Source: Lama guanicoe (taxonomy: Eukaryota). Taken from it: a stretch of DNA of 64,000 bases. Within the stretch, counting starts at the first letter, position 1, and each line of letters begins with the position of its first letter. Below are positions 60,301-64,000 of the stretch, piece after piece. Under the pieces are notes generated by a model. It was given only the letters and a program-made list of their open reading frames with translations. It was not told the DNA's origin and did no database searches. The translations under genes and the position numbers were made by a program. The stretch covers positions 5,049,514 through 5,113,513 of the forward strand of contig MU054117.1 in NCBI GenBank assembly GCA_013239625.1, read 5' to 3'.

Positions 60301-61913
60301 AAGGCTGTTTAAATATGAATTCATGTCTCTCTCATTATCTAGATCTGGTAAACACCCTTAGGTGATATTACATGTCAGTGTCTCTACTGACTGCTGGATA
60401 AATTCCAAATTTTCTTTTTGGCATTTAAGGCTTTCCACATCTGCCCAACTTTATCTTAAATTTCCTGTGGTTCAGATCTGCTAATGGCAGCGCTCCCTGC
60501 CCCGTCCCACCCTGTTGGCTTAATTCTTCCACACCCCTAATTTCCTAGCTAGAAGTCCCATAACCTTCATAAAACCTTCCACCTACTCAAATATTTATAT
60601 ATCAGCTCTTGACCTTTGAATTCCTTTAAGACTTTACAGCAGTCCTATCAGGTGGGCATTACTGTTTTCATTTCATAAACAAGAAAATTGAGGCCCAGAG
60701 AGCTTAACTGGTTCATCCAGGGTCTCACAGTTTGTAGGCAGCAGCAGGGCTGGGTCTGATTTGCTCATGTTCCAAGTCCACACTTTTTTTTCTTCATTGT
60801 GCCATGATGCTTCCGTGTATTAAAAACCATGGAGGAAAGGGGGAGGGTATAGCTCAGTGATAGAGCAAGGGCTTAGCATACATGAGGTCCTGGGTTCAAT
60901 CCCCAGTCCCTCCATTAAAATAAATTAATTAAATAAAAACCTAATTACCTCCCTCCCCCCCAAAAAATGACTGGTTAAAAAATTTAAAAAATAATTAATT
61001 TTAAAAAACCCACGGAGGAAGGATGCAGTAAAAACAAAAAAAAGCCCATAAACCAGTTATAATACAGTCTGTTGTTATGACATAAATTCAGTTACACCAC
61101 ATCCTTTGAACTATGTGAGTAATAGACGCTTGGGGTAGCATGGATCGCTTTTAAGGAGTTCCAAGTTCTGTTTCCCAAGCCCAGTATTAAAACGATATTC
61201 CAGGATAAATGACAGGTGGTTAAGGGAAAAAAAGCAATATGGTACAAGAAGAAAATATTAGAAATGGGACAGAGATCAAGGTGTAATATAAGCAGACGAT
61301 GCACAAAACAGAGACTCAGAATTAGAATGGAGTATGGGGGCTGAGGGAGCCCACAGGACTGAAATATCTAAGTTAGGGGGCCTGTGCCTGCCAATAAGAA
61401 GCGCGCGTGTCTGAGGGCTGATATTAACAGACAGCAGTACACATGCACAGAGAGTAGAACTCAAGAGAGAGACAAATAAGGACAGGTCGTGGGGACACAG
61501 GGTACAGCAAGGCAAGATGAGAGGGCGGTGGCGCCGAATGAGGGGCCCGAAGGGTACAGCAGGGGTCAAAGAGAAAGGTGAAGAGGTTAAGAGGTTCAGA
61601 GGGCACAAGCGCCCCCAGACCCGAGACTAGACTGGCCCCTCCTCTCGACAGCTGGCTGGTGTGTTCTCGGATTCTGGTCCACACCCCGCAAAGCCCTCCG
61701 GTGGCCCCGCGAAGAGGGGAGGTCACGTCCCCGTCCCCCGGGACTCCGCAGGGGGTCCTTACCTAGAAAGATGGAGATGATGAGCCGCAGCGCCTGTTCT
61801 GACGCGCCTAGGGATGTCGCCAACTTGTTAAGGCTCAGCTCCGAGAAGCCCCACCGCAGCACCCCTGCCAGCTCCGCCTCGGCTCCCACGTCCCCCTCGG
61901 CTGCGGACGCCAT
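33326..61913 (-). CDS. LPCAT3: Lysophospholipid acyltransferase 5 (LPCAT3/MBOAT5), 487 aa; exons 61913-61763, 38436-38329, 37807-37701, 37164-37071, 36907-36870, 36439-36261, 35549-35441, 34779-34693, 34595-34429, 33929-33782, 33708-33550, 33442-33326
   Basis: [10 protein letters not shown]...[33 protein letters not shown]...[14 protein letters not shown]...FLVGPQFS...[22 protein letters not shown]...[10 protein letters not shown] (MBOAT catalytic His)...KKME* (dilysine ER signal). Exon lengths sum to 1464 nt. Confidence 0.96.
38897..39003 (+). mobile_element. 5'-truncated L1 3' end with (CAAA)n/A-rich tail
   Basis: GCTGTACACCAGAAACTGACACAACATTGTAAACTGCCTATACTTCAA plus A-rich tail, typical of laurasiatherian L1 3' termini. 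Confidence 0.7.
40677..42070 (-). mobile_element. Near full-length hAT DNA transposon, Charlie1a-like (about 1.4 kb, non-autonomous)
   Basis: Terminal inverted repeats CAGCAGTTTTCAAA (40677) and TGTGAGAACCGCTG (ends 42070). Subterminal sequences ACTTTTTGGTCTCAG...CTTTTGTTTATGTGG and GGGACCCCTAGG match Charlie1 ends as I recall them. The 8-bp TSD has decayed. Confidence 0.72.
42240..42730 (-). mobile_element. Old L1M 3' fragment
   Basis: Antisense L1 3'-end motifs GTGGTTTTCAGTATATTTACA, TATGAATGGAGTCAT, TTGATGGACTTTTGGGTTGTTTCCA, GCTGCTATGAACATT. Confidence 0.75.
44650..45620. mobile_element. Two old L2 3' fragments in opposite orientation
   Basis: Sense L2 end (...GAAGGCAAGGATTGTTGTCTGTT...CCTGGTACA...TGTTGAATG) followed by an antisense L2 start (CAATAAAATATTTATTGAGCA...). 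Boundaries approximate. Confidence 0.5.
50460..50908 (+). mobile_element. Solo ERV LTR (ERV1-like, about 450 bp) inserted into a MIR
   Basis: TG...CA termini (TGTAAAGAAAA ... TTTCAGTCGACA), AATAAA at 50857-50862 preceded by GCTGTCTCCCAGGCTATAG, near-match 4-bp TSD GAGA/GGGA. MIR-like sequence resumes after it. Confidence 0.62.
52210..53205 (-). mobile_element. L1M (MA/MB-type) 3' fragment, about 1 kb
   Basis: Antisense L1 motifs GTGGAATTGCTGGGTCA, CCAGCAATGCATGAGGGCTCCAGTTTCTCCACA, GATTTGCATTTCCCTAATGACTAATGATGTTGAGCATC, GATGCACAGAAGTTTTTAATTTTGATG. Confidence 0.85.
54915..55090. mobile_element. MER5A hAT MITE
   Basis: GCTTGTTAAAATACAGAT...GGTCTGGGGTGGACCTGAGAATCTGCACTTGTAACAAGCTCCCAGGAGATGCTGATGCTGCTGGTCC. 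Confidence 0.78.
57275..57950 (-). mobile_element. L2 LINE 3' fragment
   Basis: CATTCATTCA...AACAAATATTTA..., GTCAGGAAAGAACTCCCGGAGGCAGTGACAATTTGAACCGAGACCTGAA, GGTACAAAGGC. Boundaries approximate. Confidence 0.65.
60841..61001 (+). mobile_element. tRNA-derived SINE (Vic-1-like), full-length with TSD
   Basis: GGGAGGGTATAGCTCAGTGATAGAGC...GAGGTCCTGGGTTCAATCCCCAGT...CCTAATTACCTCCC plus A-rich tail. TSD TAAAAACCATGGAGGAAAGG (60821-60840) / TAAAAAACCCACGGAGGAAGG (61002-61022) at a TT/AAAA site. Confidence 0.88.
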
Positions 61914-62540
61914 CTTAGCTGCGGGCGCCCCCCAGGGACCCCTGAGCTCCGCGCGCCCCGAATGTGGGCACAACGCTGGAGCTTCACCCCCAATTCCGGC
62001 CCGGAGCCCGCCCACGGCGTGCGCATTGGCTGCGGGCCCGCCCAGCGGCTCCAGGCCCAGCCGATCATTGGTCGGCTGGGTCAGGGGGCGGGGCCTCAAG
62101 CAGCAAGGTAGGCAGGGGGCGGGGCTGAACGTTTGTAAAGCAAAGGTGACTGGGGCCGAGAGTGAGTGCGGGGCAGGCCGGGGGCGGGGCCTGGAGTCGG
62201 GAACTAGACCTGCGATTGGAAAAGTCCGCAGCCGGCGGCGAGGTGACTGTACAACTCAGTTCTAACAGCTCAGGGGAGGAGTGTCCGGCCGGCTGGTGCG
62301 CTGCCTCCCCATTGGCTGAGACGGAGCAGGCGAGAGTCGGGGCGGGGGGGCGGCCGCCCGACCCGAGGTTACTCTCGGTCGCCGGCGGGCCGGGGTTACT
62401 GGGGCATGTAACCGGAGGGCGGGAATTCCAGTGCGGCCTCGCGGGCGCTCCCCAACGGCGCCTCTGGCAGTTCTTAAACCGTTAGACACGCCGCCTTCCT
62501 CCCAAAGGGTGGGGAGAGTCCAGCGCCCAGCGCCTCCAGC
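61914..62540 (-). promoter_or_regulatory. LPCAT3 CpG-island promoter and 5' UTR (four CCAAT boxes, GC boxes, DR1 and DR4 nuclear-receptor elements)
   Basis: ATTGG at 62025, 62067, 62215 and 62311. GGGGCGGGG at 62085 and 62181. DR1-like AAAGCA-A-AGGTGA 62137-62149. DR4 AGGTTA-CTCT-CGGTCG 62366-62381. Confidence 0.75.
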
Positions 62541-63205
62541 CCTTTTTGCCTGCCCCTTTTATTTCATGCATCGTCCTACATGAAAACGTTACCTTCCCCT
62601 GAGAGGCAATGAAGTGAAGATACGCCGCTTTAATTCTTACTGTTTTCATAAAAAATTAAACTAGTTTGTCACTAAGTAATACAGGTTCAAGGTGAAAGTA
62701 CAAAGAGGATTAGAAATTGAAGACAAAATAAAAGTCCTTTCTTCCCACCTTGCTTTCCATTCTTACTTCCTACAGGTAACCGTTCTGGTTACACTAACAA
62801 AGATGTGTTGAGCACGTAGCACTTGCCAGGGCCTGTGCTGGACTCGGAGCCCATAGCAATGGAGTGGGGTGATGCATAGTCATATAAAGCGTTAATGAAG
62901 GTGTAATTGCAAGCGAAGGGAAGTGCTCTGAAAGAAAGGAACAAGGTTCCATGAGAGTATGTAAATAAAGGACCACTAAGTTTCCAGTAATAACTGCAAT
63001 TTATGGAGCATTTTTGTACAATTATAATTTATACTTGTATAGCACTTCGCACTTTATACAGCACTTATATCCATATTATTTCAGTTAATTGATTATAAAA
63101 ACAATACTATTATTTTCTCTTACTGACACAGAGGCTTTGAGAAATTAAGGAATTCACTAAGTTCCTTTCCCAGTAAGTGGCAGAGACAATTAAAACCTAA
63201 GTCTG

Positions 63206-63330
63206 GGTGGGAGAGTAAGTTCAGTGGTAGTGCCTGCTTAGCATCCATGAGGTCCTGAGTTCAATCCCCAATACCTGCGTTAAAAATAGATAAATAAACC
63301 TAATTACCTCCCCCCACCAAAACAAAACGA
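63206..63330 (+). mobile_element. tRNA-derived SINE (Vic-1-like), more diverged
   Basis: GTTCAGTGGTAG...GCTTAGCATCCATGAGGTCCTGAGTTCAATCCCCAATACC...CCTAATTACCTCCCCCC. Degenerate TSD AAAACCTAAGTCTG / AAAACTCCGAGTCTG. Confidence 0.8.
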
Positions 63331-63559
63331 AAAACTCCGAGTCTGTTAAACTTCACTTTTGTACCCCTTTTGGGGAAGCAAAATTTAAGAAAAATTCAGA
63401 AAAGTCAAGAATAATAATATAACTTACCCCAGATTGAGGAACATCACATGTACAGCTGAGGAGCCTGGTATATCCCTTCCTCCTGGCATTTCCCTCCTTC
63501 CCAAAGTCGCCACCTTGCTGACTGTGGTACTTAGCAACCCCATGGCTATTTTTATACTT

Positions 63560-63900
63560 TACACACTGTATATATCCAGAAACAATTAAAACATAGTTTT
63601 GCATGCTTTTAAACTTTCTATTTATGGTATTACAGTGAAAGTTTCATTTTGCAGCTTGTTTGCTCAATATCTTTACTGAGATGTATTCATGTTTTTACAG
63701 GTAGCTCTAATGTAGTTGTTTTAACTGTGATGTAACATTGTACTGTATGATTATACCACAATTTTCCATGGTCATGTTGAGGAATACTTGGATCTTTTCC
63801 TATTTATGTATTTTTTTCTATTACAAACATTGCTGCTGTGGGCATTCTCCTGTAAGCAACAGTGAAAGTTTCTCTAGGGCTGTGACTCCAAACTGTTTTC
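63560..63900 (-). mobile_element. Old L1ME-like fragment
   Basis: TTTTGCATGCTTTTAAACTTT...TGAGATGTATTCATGTT...CTATTACAAACATTGCTGCTGTGGGCATT. Confidence 0.55.
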
Positions 63901-64000
63901 CTTTTCTTTCTTTCTTTTTTTTTTTAACTAACTGGGATCTACTGTAGGAAACACATTGCTATCCTGAATACACACATGTTCATACACTACGCAACAAATA

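Noticed and set aside
60841..60915. tRNA gene-like sequence (A and B boxes)
   Set aside because: It is followed by the SINE body, A-rich tail and TSD, and occurs in six diverged copies. A SINE head rather than a tRNA gene.

Overview
Mammalian genomic DNA: the conserved gene-dense cluster syntenic to human 12p13. A tRNA-derived SINE family resembling Vic-1 suggests a camelid (inference). Gene order: 3' end of ATN1 (+), U7 snRNA gene with DSE/PSE/3' box (+), C12orf57/GRCC10 (+, 126 aa), PTPN6/SHP-1 (+, two alternative first exons, 595/597 aa), miR-200c and miR-141 (+), PHB2 (-, 299 aa), EMG1 (+, 244 aa, head-to-head with PHB2) and LPCAT3 (-, 487 aa, tail-to-tail with EMG1, 23 kb repeat-rich intron 1). 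I assembled all exon structures by hand from splice sites, and each gives an intact reading frame. I found no wholly new gene system. The most notable items are: a composite C/D-H/ACA scaRNA (SCARNA12/U89) with a U5-complementary pocket nested inside a U12-type AT-AC intron of PHB2; a 6-nt PHB2 microexon; a U7 gene embedded in the C12orf57 promoter; candidate unannotated PTPN6 splice options (9-nt hybrid microexon, in-frame +32 aa tail acceptor, closed SHP-1L frame); and several nested transposon insertions. Family names and comparisons with human sequences are from recognition and memory, not from database searches.
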